Assembly: GCA_903952435.1 (NCBI GenBank)
Contig: CAJBFN010000009.1
Span: 92-64,091, forward strand
DNA length: 64,000 nucleotides
Reading direction: 5' to 3'
Source: an uncultured bacterium
GTDB taxonomy: Bacteria; Patescibacteriota; Saccharimonadia; Saccharimonadales; Saccharimonadaceae
The position numbers were made by a program, and so were the translations under genes. Below, piece by piece: positions 1 to 9,663 of this stretch; positions within the stretch are counted from its first letter, which is position 1, and each line of letters begins with the position of its first letter. The notes below the pieces were generated by a model. It saw only the letters and a list, made by a program, of their open reading frames with translations. It searched no databases and was not told the origin of the DNA.

Positions 1-6
1 CTCTAT

Positions 7-306
7 ATGAAAAATAGTAATATCTCTGGGACCTGGAAATCAGTAAACAGTTCGGCTCAATATCAATTTAATTCTTTTGGCAAGTATAACTATTATGAAG
101 ATCCTTCAAATAAAAAATGTGATTTATGGAATTGTAATTATGATGAAGGTAATTACGAAATAAATGAAAAAGATAATAAAAAAATATTAGTACTGCATTT
201 TTACGGAGTAGGAACTTACTCAACAGAGTTTACAATCGATAAATTTGATAATAATGATTTTCTTATTCTAAAAGATAGTAACACCAAGTTTCAAAAGGCT
301 AACTAA
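7..306 (+). CDS. hypothetical protein (frame is open to the window edge, so possibly the C-terminal part of a longer protein)
   Basis: ORF track; Asn/Lys/Tyr-rich; no recognisable motif. Confidence 0.4.
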   Translation: MKNSNISGTWKSVNSSAQYQFNSFGKYNYYEDPSNKKCDLWNCNYDEGNYEINEKDNKKILVLHFYGVGTYSTEFTIDKFDNNDFLILKDSNTKFQKAN

Positions 307-416
307 TTAGCGTCAAAATACACGGTTATCTGAGTGGCAAGATGGCTGGGACGCGTAAAATATAAAATCATTAGCGGTGCTTGGGTAATGTTTTATTTTT
401 TGATAAGATTAATATC

Positions 417-803
417 ATGAGAACGATAGTCACAATATGCAGTAAAAACAAAGACGGCTCCACTGGAGATATTGCTGCATATTTACGCTATAAATCTAAT
501 CGCATTAATGAAGTAATGAAGGTTGCGACAAAAAAGAAACTTCCATTCTTTATTTTGTCCGGAAAATATGGGTTAATAAAACACGACCAACCAATTCCTT
601 TTTATAATCATCTTCTTGTAAATGAAGAAACAGACAGGCTAGCCAAGATTATTTCCGATCAAATTATTAACTATGGAATCAATTCAATTACTTTCTACGC
701 AAAGCCGAAACTTCAAGATTGGGCTGCTTATTACGACGCCCTAGAAAAAGCCGCAAGCATGGCAAAAATAAACCTTGATATACATACTTTAAAAGTTAAT
801 TAA
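417..803 (+). CDS. hypothetical protein
   Basis: ORF 381-803; I prefer the in-frame ATG at 417 (MRTIVTICSK...), which lies 7 nt after a TAAGAT box; followed by a terminator hairpin. Confidence 0.5.
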   Translation: MRTIVTICSKNKDGSTGDIAAYLRYKSNRINEVMKVATKKKLPFFILSGKYGLIKHDQPIPFYNHLLVNEETDRLAKIISDQIINYGINSITFYAKPKLQDWAAYYDALEKAASMAKINLDIHTLKVN

Positions 804-820
804 TAATTGACTACAAAAAA

Positions 821-850
821 ACGCCACCATTTAAGTGGCGTCTTTCTGTT
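821..850. terminator. bidirectional intrinsic terminator between convergent genes
   Basis: ACGCCAC-7 nt loop-GTGGCGT, then a T-rich tail. Confidence 0.7.
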
Positions 851-862
851 ATTTGGTAATCG

Positions 863-1060
863 TTAAAGATCTATTAGCCAAATAAATACACCTATCGATA
901 GCATAGTCAAAGCTATAAATAACCCCAGCCCGACAGGCGAGCCCCAGCTAAACCACGAACCCCAAGCGCGCCAGTGCTGAACTGGCCATTGATAGTTTTC
1001 GCGATACTCTTTCCATGCCGCAAGGTCTTTTTGATGTTTTTCTTCTTTTGTATCTTTCAT
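863..1060 (-). CDS. small membrane protein (one C-terminal TM helix)
   Basis: ORF track; GGGAG Shine-Dalgarno before the ATG; hydrophobic C-terminus. Confidence 0.5.
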   Translation of the reverse strand: MKDTKEEKHQKDLAAWKEYRENYQWPVQHWRAWGSWFSWGSPVGLGLFIALTMLSIGVFIWLIDL

Positions 1061-1249
1061 AAAACACTCCCATTATTAAGATAGTTTAATTTATTCGACC
1101 TATAAATCAGCCCTTGAGGTTGAATCCGCAGCCTCTTGGTGCCCGAGCTAGGCGAGGTTAGTATAGCGAAATTATTTCATAATTATAATAACATATTTTG
1201 TAAATCGCAAATCAATACGTCTCGCTCCAGCTTATGCTAAAATTATCTT

Positions 1250-2239
1250 ATGAATAAAACAGATTTTGCAAAAGGCGTCGAGCGATTAATCGACCCGATC
1301 AGTGTCGGTACGCTTCATTTCATGCAATATTTTAATCAACTAATGCCAAAATCAATTCAAAAAAAGCTAGTTAAATCTTCAGCACAAAAAACACCACACA
1401 TGGGATTTGTAGTCGAACCATATAGTCTTTTTCTTTGTTATGAAATCATTGACATAGAAAAGGCAAAATCTTTGCTGCCAGACGGCTTTGAATTGATTAG
1501 AACAAAAATCTTTGCAAATGACGAACCAAAATATTACTGCATTTTTGGCTGCATACGCGCGCACACTAGTGCATTTTGGGGCACCAGAACTGAATTTTAT
1601 ATCATCGCAAAAGACAAAAAAACGGACCTACTAAGCTGGATAATTATCGACTACATAACAGATACAATCAGCTATGATAATAAGAATGGGCTGTCAGCGC
1701 CAAATATAAATCAAGCTGTAATGACAACCGATTATAACGGCAATCTGATTATAGATATCGAAAAGAAAGATGACAGCCATAAATTATCGCTTGTCGCCGA
1801 TGTCAAAAAAGGCGCTATGACAAACCTAGATCAAAGATTATGGCTAGAGGGTAATTTATCAATAGGCTATGGCAAAGATTTATCTGATGATGGAGCGGGC
1901 ATTTTCGCACTTAAATTCGAGCCAGGCGAAGTCGAAAAGGCGCTTAAAATACCAAATTTAGGCCTAAATCTAGAATCAAACACCTGGTATCCTGGACTAT
2001 TTGAAAAAGATCCTTCGCAAATCGCTTGTTTTCCTTATGCCCAACATTTTATATCTGACAGTCCTGGACACTCTAGCAAGGTAAAAAACAAAGATGATCT
2101 AGAGTTGGCAATCAAATCACTAGATTTTAACAGAATAAAAGTATTTTCGACCAAATCGTTTAGAATTATGATTTTAATAGGCACAATAGTATCGCTTACA
2201 ATAACAATAACCCTGTTATCAATGCTATTGTCGAAATAA
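1250..2239 (+). CDS. hypothetical protein with C-terminal TM anchor
   Basis: 329-aa ORF; TAAAAT box 6 nt before the ATG; hydrophobic tail IMILIGTIVSLTITITLLSMLL. Confidence 0.6.
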   Translation: MNKTDFAKGVERLIDPISVGTLHFMQYFNQLMPKSIQKKLVKSSAQKTPHMGFVVEPYSLFLCYEIIDIEKAKSLLPDGFELIRTKIFANDEPKYYCIFGCIRAHTSAFWGTRTEFYIIAKDKKTDLLSWIIIDYITDTISYDNKNGLSAPNINQAVMTTDYNGNLIIDIEKKDDSHKLSLVADVKKGAMTNLDQRLWLEGNLSIGYGKDLSDDGAGIFALKFEPGEVEKALKIPNLGLNLESNTWYPGLFEKDPSQIACFPYAQHFISDSPGHSSKVKNKDDLELAIKSLDFNRIKVFSTKSFRIMILIGTIVSLTITITLLSMLLSK

Positions 2240-2241
2240 AA

Positions 2242-2439
2242 ATGCCACGAAAAAATAAAGCTCCAGAATATCAAAAAACTACTTTTTATATTCCATGTAT
2301 CAGTAAAAAACGCTACAAAAACGAGAACGAAGCTCTAAAAACTGCTGAAATACAAATATTACAAAATAGCGGGCTAGAACTTTCAGCCTACAAATGCGAT
2401 AATTGCAGCTTTTGGCATTTAACAAGATCAAAAAGATAA
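2242..2439 (+). CDS. small Cys-containing basic protein (CxxC near C-terminus)
   Basis: 65-aa ORF starting 2 nt after the upstream stop; YKCDNCSFWH motif. Confidence 0.5.
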   Translation: MPRKNKAPEYQKTTFYIPCISKKRYKNENEALKTAEIQILQNSGLELSAYKCDNCSFWHLTRSKR

Positions 2440-2444
2440 GACTA

Positions 2445-4082
2445 TTATTTTTCGCCTAGAATAATAACTTCGCCGCCCATAGCCGTGCGAAAATAACCAT
2501 CATGGCTGACATATAAAATTGCACCACTGTATTTTGACAAAGCTGTTTCAATCTCTTCGATGCTAGGCAAATCCAAGTGATTCGTTGGCTCGTCCAAAAT
2601 CAGTAATTGTGGGTCATTTGCTAACATAGTAATCAATTGAAACCTAGCTTTTTGGCCACCAGATAAAACCGACACAGGAATTTTACCATCACCCTCTTCA
2701 AATAAGTAATCACTTAGCAGACTGCGAATTTTAGGTATTGATATCGGCAAATTACGATCTAAATACATTTTTTCAATCGCATCCTCTAACGTTAAATCAA
2801 AATAAGTCGGCTTAACTTCCTGCTCATAAACGCCAATCCGAACATGCGGATCAAGTGATATACTACCGTCAAAAACTTTTGGTGCCTTATCACCAAGAAG
2901 CGCCTTAATAAGTGTAGTTTTGCCAGCACCGTTGCGTCCACGAAGCTCTAGGGCCTCGCCCTCGCGCAAATCAATATTCACACCATCAAATAATGGTTTG
3001 TCATAGCCCAGCGATAAATCACGGGCAGTTATCAAGACATGTTTACTGCGAGATTCATCATTCTTTAAATTCATTCGAATATTTTTAGCTTTAAACTTCT
3101 CATATTGAACTGCAACTTTGTAATTAAGGCTAGCAGCTGAATCTTTGTCGATCCAAAAGGTTGGTTTTTCTTTGGCTTGTAATTCGGCTAATTCCTTACG
3201 GGAATTTTCTTCTAGGCGTTTAAACTTTTGAATCGTGCCTGGATTGCGCGATTTCTCTTTCAGCCGTTGGTAATCAATAACCTTAGTTTTAAGATTATTA
3301 ATACGTTTCTCAACCATCTCAAAATCGTTCATCTGCGCACCAGTACTGACGGCATTCTGCTTTAAATAAGCGTCATAATTTCCCTTATAACTGACACATT
3401 CTCCACCTTTTAATTCAATAATTCGATCAACCTCATTTAAAACATCGCGATCATGAGTAATAACCAACATCGCTTCGCTGGTATTTTTCATCCAATCAAT
3501 ATATTGAGCCTTGGCAATATAGTCCATATGGTTGGTTGGCTCATCGACCAACGCCAAATCAGCATCACTATGCATGATTTTTACAACTTCAACTAGGCGT
3601 TTTTGGCCACCAGATAGGGTAGAGAATGCACGATGAGCAATTCCAGGTAATTGAAAATTATCCAGTTCGCGTTCGATTTTCTCTTCAATCTGATAAAAAC
3701 CTTTATCATCAAATCGCATTAAGGCTTGCGTGTATGAATTAATTAATTTCATATCTTCGCCCATAGTTTCGGGATAAGTTTCGATAATATGACTTAGTTC
3801 ACTATATTCTGGCAAGCCAGATAAAACATATTGCAGAACCGTTTTATCGCCAACATCATGATGCTCTTGGGCGGTCGAGACAACAACTACGCCACGCTTA
3901 AATATGATTTCACCTGTAAAATCTTTATCGGTGCCGGATAAAATCCCAAAAAGGGTAGATTTACCAACGCCATTACGGCCGACAACACCAACTTTCTCGC
4001 CATCATCAATACTAAACTTGATTTTACTCATCAAGACTTTTGGGCCAAAGCTTTTTTCGGTAATTATAATATCGGCGATCAT
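2445..4082 (-). CDS. ABC-F family ATPase (two ABC domains, no TM domain)
   Basis: Two Walker A motifs (GRNGVGKS, GRNGAGKT), two LSGGQK signatures, charged inter-domain linker. The ORF extends to 4154, but the ATG at 4082 (MIADIII...) gives the canonical N-terminus. Confidence 0.9.
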   Translation of the reverse strand: MIADIIITEKSFGPKVLMSKIKFSIDDGEKVGVVGRNGVGKSTLFGILSGTDKDFTGEIIFKRGVVVVSTAQEHHDVGDKTVLQYVLSGLPEYSELSHIIETYPETMGEDMKLINSYTQALMRFDDKGFYQIEEKIERELDNFQLPGIAHRAFSTLSGGQKRLVEVVKIMHSDADLALVDEPTNHMDYIAKAQYIDWMKNTSEAMLVITHDRDVLNEVDRIIELKGGECVSYKGNYDAYLKQNAVSTGAQMNDFEMVEKRINNLKTKVIDYQRLKEKSRNPGTIQKFKRLEENSRKELAELQAKEKPTFWIDKDSAASLNYKVAVQYEKFKAKNIRMNLKNDESRSKHVLITARDLSLGYDKPLFDGVNIDLREGEALELRGRNGAGKTTLIKALLGDKAPKVFDGSISLDPHVRIGVYEQEVKPTYFDLTLEDAIEKMYLDRNLPISIPKIRSLLSDYLFEEGDGKIPVSVLSGGQKARFQLITMLANDPQLLILDEPTNHLDLPSIEEIETALSKYSGAILYVSHDGYFRTAMGGEVIILGEK

Positions 4083-4154
4083 CTGAACAAGCATATCATA
4101 ACAGAGGTCAAAATAACAGCCAATTGCAAGCACGGTGGTGTATAATGTAAGCAT

Positions 4155-4757
4155 ATGAATGAGGTAAAAGTTCTAATTCCTGGTTTTGCTGAAGAACATG
4201 ATGGTTTTGAAAAAGTATCGCCATCTGTAGTCTTAATAAAAACTAATGAAACAAAAATAATAGTCGATCCAGGGTTTAACAGGCAGGCTATTTTAGATGC
4301 TTTGGATAAAGAAAATCTTATTACTGGTCAGATAAATTTTGTATTATTAACCCACACGCATCTGGATCATTGCGCCTTGGTTGGCATGTTTGAAAACGCA
4401 GCCATCTTAGATAACAGCGACCAATTCTTGCAGGACGGAACAATAAAGCGTCAGGATAAAGATTCGTTGGGTGACGATATTCAAATTTTACAGACACCAG
4501 GGCATGACCAGTTTCATTGCTCTGTGGCAATAAAAACTGAAGATAAAGGCATGGTTGTAATAGCTGGTGATATATTCTGGTGGCTGGATGGCAATGAGCC
4601 AAATAAAGACCGTGCCAGCTTATTAAACCTCGAAGATCCATATGTTAAAGATCAAATCGCGTTAACCGAGAGTCGCAAAAAGATACTAGACATTGCTGAT
4701 TATATTATTCCTGGTCATGGCAATATATTCAAGAACTATGAGAGGCTTAATAAATGA
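4155..4757 (+). CDS. MBL-fold metallo-hydrolase
   Basis: HTHLDHC (HxHxDH) motif; later PGHD and PGHG. Confidence 0.85.
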   Translation: MNEVKVLIPGFAEEHDGFEKVSPSVVLIKTNETKIIVDPGFNRQAILDALDKENLITGQINFVLLTHTHLDHCALVGMFENAAILDNSDQFLQDGTIKRQDKDSLGDDIQILQTPGHDQFHCSVAIKTEDKGMVVIAGDIFWWLDGNEPNKDRASLLNLEDPYVKDQIALTESRKKILDIADYIIPGHGNIFKNYERLNK

Positions 4758-5122
4758 ACGATAGTTCAGCCAATCCGATCGGCCAATATTTCTCTAAACT
4801 AAACACATCCGAAAAAGCAGAACTTCAACGAATACGCGAAATAGTAAATGTAACCGTGCCCGAAGCCAAAGAAACAATCAGCTACGGCATGCCAGCGTTT
4901 GAGTATAAAGGTAAATATCTGGTTGGTTTTTATGTATATAAAAATCACTTAAGTTTATTCCCGACATCAAAACCAATTGAAGCTTTTAAAAACAAACTAA
5001 AAGATTTTCAATTATCAAAAGGCACGATACAATTTACACTTAAAAATACAATTCCAGCACCACTTATTCGCAATATAATTCTTTACCGAATCGATGAAAT
5101 CGATAAATCAGACCAAGCCTAA
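4754..5122 (+). CDS. DUF1801/YdhG-like protein
   Basis: ISYGMPAF...KNHLSLFP...SKGTIQF pattern typical of the family; 4-nt overlap with the upstream gene. Confidence 0.8.
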   Translation: MNDSSANPIGQYFSKLNTSEKAELQRIREIVNVTVPEAKETISYGMPAFEYKGKYLVGFYVYKNHLSLFPTSKPIEAFKNKLKDFQLSKGTIQFTLKNTIPAPLIRNIILYRIDEIDKSDQA

Positions 5123-5151
5123 TAAATATTAGTTTTGTTATAATAAATTAA

Positions 5152-6039
5152 ATGCCAAACAATAGAAAAAGACGAAGTCACATAAAAATAGTGTTTGCGA
5201 CCATATTAGGTTGTTTAACAATAGGAGTGATAACTTTATTTATTTGTCAGATTCTATTTCCAAGGATAAATATAACAACCAAATTAACAGATAATAATCA
5301 AAATACAATAATAGTCAAAGCCGAGGAACCAGCTAAGCCGTTAAATCCGACATTAATTGACCCGAACTTGCCACAAGCGACATCACTACCGATTCTGATG
5401 TACCACTTCTTCTACGATTCAGCCACTGGCGGAACAGGTGAGGATGGTAACTGGATCGACGCAAAAACATTTGACGAACAAATGAAATACCTAGTAGACA
5501 ATAAATATTATTTTCCAACTTGGGATGAGGTCGATAAGTTTATCGCAGGAGAAATTAGCCTGCCTGAAAATAGCATAGTCATAACCGCCGACGACGGCAA
5601 TCCGACGTTTTTTAATCTAGCAGTGCCGATACTTACGAAATATGACGTTCCGGCCACATCATTCTTAATTACATCATGGACAGACCCTAAAAATGTCACA
5701 ACTAATAAAGACTTAATAACATTTATGTCACACTCGCACGCCATGCACAAGGGGGGCTGCGAGGGCGGCAAAGGCGGTCTATTTAGGTGCCTTGATCGAG
5801 ACAAAGCCATAACTGACCTAAAAACCTCGCGCGAAATAATTAGCGGCGGTGAAGTATTTTGTTATCCATTTGGTGACTACACCGATCAATCAGTTCAGGA
5901 GCTAAAAGAAGCTGGTTTTAAAATAGCCGTGACAACCGAATACGGAAAAGCTGAACCAGGCATGAACCCATTGTTGCTCCCAAGAATTAGAATCTCACAG
6001 AACACTAATTTAACATCGTTTATAAATGCCCTGGAATAA
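5152..6039 (+). CDS. polysaccharide deacetylase (NodB homology domain) with N-terminal TM anchor
   Basis: ITADDG motif, downstream His motifs, N-terminal hydrophobic helix. Confidence 0.85.
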   Translation: MPNNRKRRSHIKIVFATILGCLTIGVITLFICQILFPRINITTKLTDNNQNTIIVKAEEPAKPLNPTLIDPNLPQATSLPILMYHFFYDSATGGTGEDGNWIDAKTFDEQMKYLVDNKYYFPTWDEVDKFIAGEISLPENSIVITADDGNPTFFNLAVPILTKYDVPATSFLITSWTDPKNVTTNKDLITFMSHSHAMHKGGCEGGKGGLFRCLDRDKAITDLKTSREIISGGEVFCYPFGDYTDQSVQELKEAGFKIAVTTEYGKAEPGMNPLLLPRIRISQNTNLTSFINALE

Positions 6040-6133
6040 GTTTTAAAACTTATGGTTGCACTAAATATAAAGATGCGAATATAATCGATTTATCGCACCA
6101 ATATTTGGTAGTGATGTATTTTGTAGAAGGGCG

Positions 6134-6541
6134 GTGGTTAGATTGAGCAATCTAACAGATTTAATAACAAACCTAGCCGAGAAATATCATTTAATCGATA
6201 AGCTAAAATTAGATCATCGTAAGGTTCTTTATTCGAAAGACAAAAAGAACCATAATCTTAAAAAAGCAAGAGATCAAAAAAATCAATTTGCTGACCAGTG
6301 TGAAAAGCTTGAACATGAATTATCTATGTTAATCATACCTGATGAATTTAGAAGCTGGAACAGTCTTAAGATAAAAAAAGAATACCGCAAAAACGAAGGA
6401 AGCCTTCATATTTTTTATGGTCCACGCAATCCATTATGCGCAGAACACGGACATTGCATAATTGATATCGTGAATGGATGTGTGACTTATCACCGTCCGT
6501 TCGGCGAGAAACATGGAATGCATAACTATAAAAATATCTAA
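6134..6541 (+). CDS. hypothetical protein
   Basis: 135-aa ORF with GTG start; followed by hairpin GGGTCGTC...GACGACCC at about 6558-6583. Confidence 0.5.
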   Translation: MVRLSNLTDLITNLAEKYHLIDKLKLDHRKVLYSKDKKNHNLKKARDQKNQFADQCEKLEHELSMLIIPDEFRSWNSLKIKKEYRKNEGSLHIFYGPRNPLCAEHGHCIIDIVNGCVTYHRPFGEKHGMHNYKNI

Positions 6542-6670
6542 ACCAAACAATATACAAGGGTCGTCGGCAATAGCTGACGACCCATTTTAAAAATTATGCA
6601 TATTTTAAAGCCCTGGTTTTTACAACCAGGGCTTAGGGTGGTTTATATTATTTAAAACAATAAACCTTAA

Positions 6671-7048
6671 TTAATTGGGAAAAATTTCATAGTTGCCAAC
6701 CGACCTTGCTAAATTAAGCAACTCTGGGTGGTAATCTATACTACCACGGAGTTTTACTTCCTTTGTATTATCATCAATTTCGGTAAATATGAAATCGACA
6801 GTAAGTTTAGCTGAACCACCAGGCCCATCCTCTACGTTAAGCACCTCAGCGCGTAATTGACGATTTTGATGATTCACAAAGAAGCAATACGATTCTGACA
6901 ACTTGCCATCCCTGTGCTTATTCACACAAAACAGATTATCTCGATACCGCTTCACGCAAAACAGGCTAGGCCCATCCTTGATTTCGCCTCTTCGGCTAAT
7001 TCCTTGTGGATTAAGGGAAATTGATTCCTTATTGTTACTGTTGCTCAT
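6671..7048 (-). CDS. hypothetical protein
   Basis: 125-aa ORF with GGAGG before the ATG; terminator-like hairpin AGCCCTGGTT/AACCAGGGCT downstream. Confidence 0.55.
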   Translation of the reverse strand: MSNSNNKESISLNPQGISRRGEIKDGPSLFCVKRYRDNLFCVNKHRDGKLSESYCFFVNHQNRQLRAEVLNVEDGPGGSAKLTVDFIFTEIDDNTKEVKLRGSIDYHPELLNLARSVGNYEIFPN

Positions 7049-7189
7049 ACAGTAACCTCCTTACTTAAAATTTTGCCCGTGATACGGGCAATCCCTACAC
7101 TTTTATTATTAACACATGCTTACATATTTGTCAATATATACGAGTGGCACTTATCCCATTGAGGCAAGTAACTGGTTTAAGATAATTAC

Positions 7190-7549
7190 TTATTTAACAA
7201 ATAGAGCTACTATAGCAACACCAATACCAACGATGCCTACTATAAAGCCCCCAAAGCCTATAATTTTATTCCAATTCTTTTCACTTTTAGATGAAGCATA
7301 CGTATTAATTTGTGTTTGAGCAATATCAGTAGTCCATTGTTTCAATTTACAACGTGCAGGATCAGCCTCTAAGGCTTTTAATAGTATAGACTCAACACTT
7401 TGGGCAAATGCGCTCGAATCTACGAATTCCTGTACAACGTCTTTAATTATCATACGGCTACGTTGATGCTGGAGAGAGTCTAAGAAATCACCAGCTAAAG
7501 ACCCGGGTATGGCGTCATTTAGGGTAGTGGTAGGCTGGTGGTTTGGCAT
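7190..7549 (-). CDS. hypothetical tail-anchored membrane protein
   Basis: 119-aa ORF; C-terminal IIGFGGFIVGIVGIGVAIVALFV helix; 5 nt after the upstream gene. Confidence 0.55.
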   Translation of the reverse strand: MPNHQPTTTLNDAIPGSLAGDFLDSLQHQRSRMIIKDVVQEFVDSSAFAQSVESILLKALEADPARCKLKQWTTDIAQTQINTYASSKSEKNWNKIIGFGGFIVGIVGIGVAIVALFVK

Positions 7550-7554
7550 AAAGA

Positions 7555-7818
7555 TTAATTCTTTTTTGGCTTATCAGTTTTTTTATTTGAATTCGCGATT
7601 GATGTTGATCTGTCTTTTACATTTTGCAAAAAGCTAATTGCTAGCTTCAAAGCCTCAGACGGATCATGCTTATCAACATCAAAAAAATCTGCTAAATCAC
7701 GGAGCTGTTTTAATGAACCATTAGAAAACTCGACATGTAGTTTTTCTATTGTAGAGCCATCGTCCTTTGATATTTCTTCAAGTTGTGATGATGTGGGCAT
7801 ATTTATAGTATATATCAA
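7555..7818 (-). CDS. hypothetical protein
   Basis: 87-aa ORF, first gene of a two-gene minus-strand unit. Confidence 0.5.
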   Translation of the reverse strand: MIYTINMPTSSQLEEISKDDGSTIEKLHVEFSNGSLKQLRDLADFFDVDKHDPSEALKLAISFLQNVKDRSTSIANSNKKTDKPKKN

Positions 7819-7844
7819 AGATAATTTACATGCTATACTTTATT

Positions 7845-7961
7845 TGTCTAGATTCACAATAAGGTCAATTTTATCTCGGAAATGGGCAGCCATTTGCGGA
7901 AAGCAATAGGGATAAAACCTTGTTGTGGGTCTAGACAGCCAGCGATGGCTGTCCTTTTTTA
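7845..7961 (+). ncRNA. candidate structured leader or sRNA: 20-bp closing stem, nested helices, intrinsic terminator
   Basis: 7845-7864 pairs with 7918-7937 (20 bp, three G-U wobbles valid only on the + strand). Inner stems are 7871-7877/7909-7915 and 7880-7885/7890-7895. Terminator GACAGCC-AGCGAT-GGCTGTC plus T6 at 7934-7960. TATACT box at 7835-7840. Confidence 0.4.
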
Positions 7962-7985
7962 TTAATAAAGAAATGGAGGTTTAAA

Positions 7986-8156
7986 ATGGACGAGACACAA
8001 CAACCTAAAGAAGCTCAGGTTCGAGAAAAACCAAACTACGTACGCCAACAAAAAGGGCATAGCCTTATAAAGCATATTTTACTATTATTTGTAGGTATTG
8101 GGATGTTCACAATTCCATATTATTCACTTAGTAAAAATCACTACTGGCACGCTTAA
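7986..8156 (+). CDS. 56-aa single-TM membrane peptide (below the ORF-track cutoff)
   Basis: Hand translation: MDETQQPKEAQVREKPNYVRQQKGHSLIKHILLLFVGIGMFTIPYYSLSKNHYWHA. GGAGG lies 6 nt before the ATG. Confidence 0.45.
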   Translation: MDETQQPKEAQVREKPNYVRQQKGHSLIKHILLLFVGIGMFTIPYYSLSKNHYWHA

Positions 8157-8159
8157 AAC

Positions 8160-9260
8160 TGATATAATTTAAATGATGAATTCTACTAAGCAAAAACAAC
8201 CTACTAAAAAGCAGTTTTTTGATACGCTGAAGCAGGTCGCGCGTAAGAAGCCACTCGTTGCTGTTGCGAAAAAGAAGAAACCGACGGCGAAGTAACATCT
8301 GTTAGCAAATGCCAAAATAATACTTGATGTTGGCGGTGATTATATCGCCATGCAAACTCGTTAGCGTATAGCTGTAAGTAACCAGCATTAACATGTCTGT
8401 ATACGCCTTTAATTCCACGCTTGAAATGAGACCAGACATTTTCAATATTTTGAGTGTAACTGTCTGGCGTATAATATTCGCCTATACTGTGATTAGTCGT
8501 CTTGTGACTATATCCATGATACGAAAGTGTTCTGTATGCGCCCCAACCGTCACTGTGAATAACAGTACCTTGTTTGACGTTGGTTTGTATCAGGGGGCGT
8601 AATACGCGAACGCCAGATGATCTAACGTGCCATATTTTTACCGATCCACCGCGTTGTACCGCACCAAATAATATTTCACCAGTTCGTCGCGCATCATGTC
8701 CATATCTACGCCTAGCCGATGATCGCTTAAAAGTATTTGGGTGAACATATGTCTCGTCCACTTCTACCTCATCCTCTAATTTTACATCTTGGTTGCCCAT
8801 CATTGAACGTATTTGGTGCATCATACGCCATGCTGTTTTGTAGGTTACGCCAATTTCACGCTGTATTTGCCTAGCGCTAGTGCCAGATTTATTTGTACTC
8901 ATAATGTAAATTGCATGAAACCAATCTGTTAATGATGTCCGTGACTTATGAAAGATAGTCCCAGCAAGCGGATAAAAGTGATTACGACATTTTGAACAAA
9001 CATAAGAACGGCGACCGCGCACTTTATAGTGTTTTGTCGCTTCTTTGCATTTTGGGCAGATTATACCGTTAGGATGAAGATGCTGCACTAGCCAATCTAG
9101 GCATGCAAAATCATCAGGAAAATCTACCTGTAATTGTTTCACGGTGTATTTCATAGGTCTAGACATTAACCAAGTTGGTATTATATAATCTTTCATACTT
9201 TATCGCAAGCATATTATGGACATACTTAACGTATCTCTGCTATACTAGTAGCAGAAGGTA
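8160..9260 (-). mobile_element. IS1595-family insertion sequence (ends not determined)
   Basis: Single transposase gene; I could not find convincing terminal inverted repeats by eye, so the boundaries are approximate. Confidence 0.4.
8204..9196 (-). CDS. IS1595-family transposase (N-terminal zinc ribbon plus ISXO2-like DDE domain)
   Basis: FPDDFACLDWL...CPKC...CSKC zinc ribbon; HTH-like SARQIQREIGVTYKTAWRMMHQIR; DDE-type C-terminal half. The true start may be the internal Met at 9154. Confidence 0.9.
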   Translation of the reverse strand: MKDYIIPTWLMSRPMKYTVKQLQVDFPDDFACLDWLVQHLHPNGIICPKCKEATKHYKVRGRRSYVCSKCRNHFYPLAGTIFHKSRTSLTDWFHAIYIMSTNKSGTSARQIQREIGVTYKTAWRMMHQIRSMMGNQDVKLEDEVEVDETYVHPNTFKRSSARRRYGHDARRTGEILFGAVQRGGSVKIWHVRSSGVRVLRPLIQTNVKQGTVIHSDGWGAYRTLSYHGYSHKTTNHSIGEYYTPDSYTQNIENVWSHFKRGIKGVYRHVNAGYLQLYANEFAWRYNHRQHQVLFWHLLTDVTSPSVSSFSQQQRVASYARPASAYQKTAF

Positions 9261-9384
9261 GCCGTAAGGTTACTCAATAAATCCTCAACGCTTTAGGGGA
9301 TTTATTTTTGTCTTTTGGCCAGCCGAGTGATAATCTTCCAATGCTTCGCTTATTAGCACTGTGTATCACTCGGCAAGTAGGAAA

Positions 9385-9431
9385 CAAAAAAGGCACGGAT
9401 GCTTGACCCATAAAGGGTGTTACATCCGTGC
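9385..9431 (-). terminator. intrinsic terminator (minus strand)
   Basis: GGCACGGATG / CATCCGTGCC 10-bp stem followed by T6 on the minus strand. Confidence 0.75.
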
Positions 9432-9663
9432 CGTACACGTAAAAATTACCGGTTCTAATTTATTAAACTACTTTTATATTCTACCATAACCATTTAACTT
9501 TAGTACAATGCAGCAACAGATTAAGTCGGTAAACAGCTGTTATGGGTTATCCACAGAAGCATAACCTTGTTTGACACAATGTATTGTATTATGTCGTAGT
9601 ATATGATAAGCTAGTATTACAAATTCCTTCGGGACTGCCCTCGGCTAACGCCGGGGGCGAATT

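Noticed and set aside
1081-1180. tRNA-like string GAGGTTGAATCCGCAGCCTC
   Set aside because: It does not fold into a T-arm plus acceptor. It lies in a divergent promoter region.
7116-7319. 67-aa plus-strand ORF
   Set aside because: It is antisense to the 3' part of the better-supported 7190-7549 gene.
8100-9310. Terminal inverted repeats and target-site duplication of the IS1595 element
   Set aside because: I compared the flanks by eye and found only short CTACTA-type matches. The ends therefore cannot be called without an alignment to other copies.
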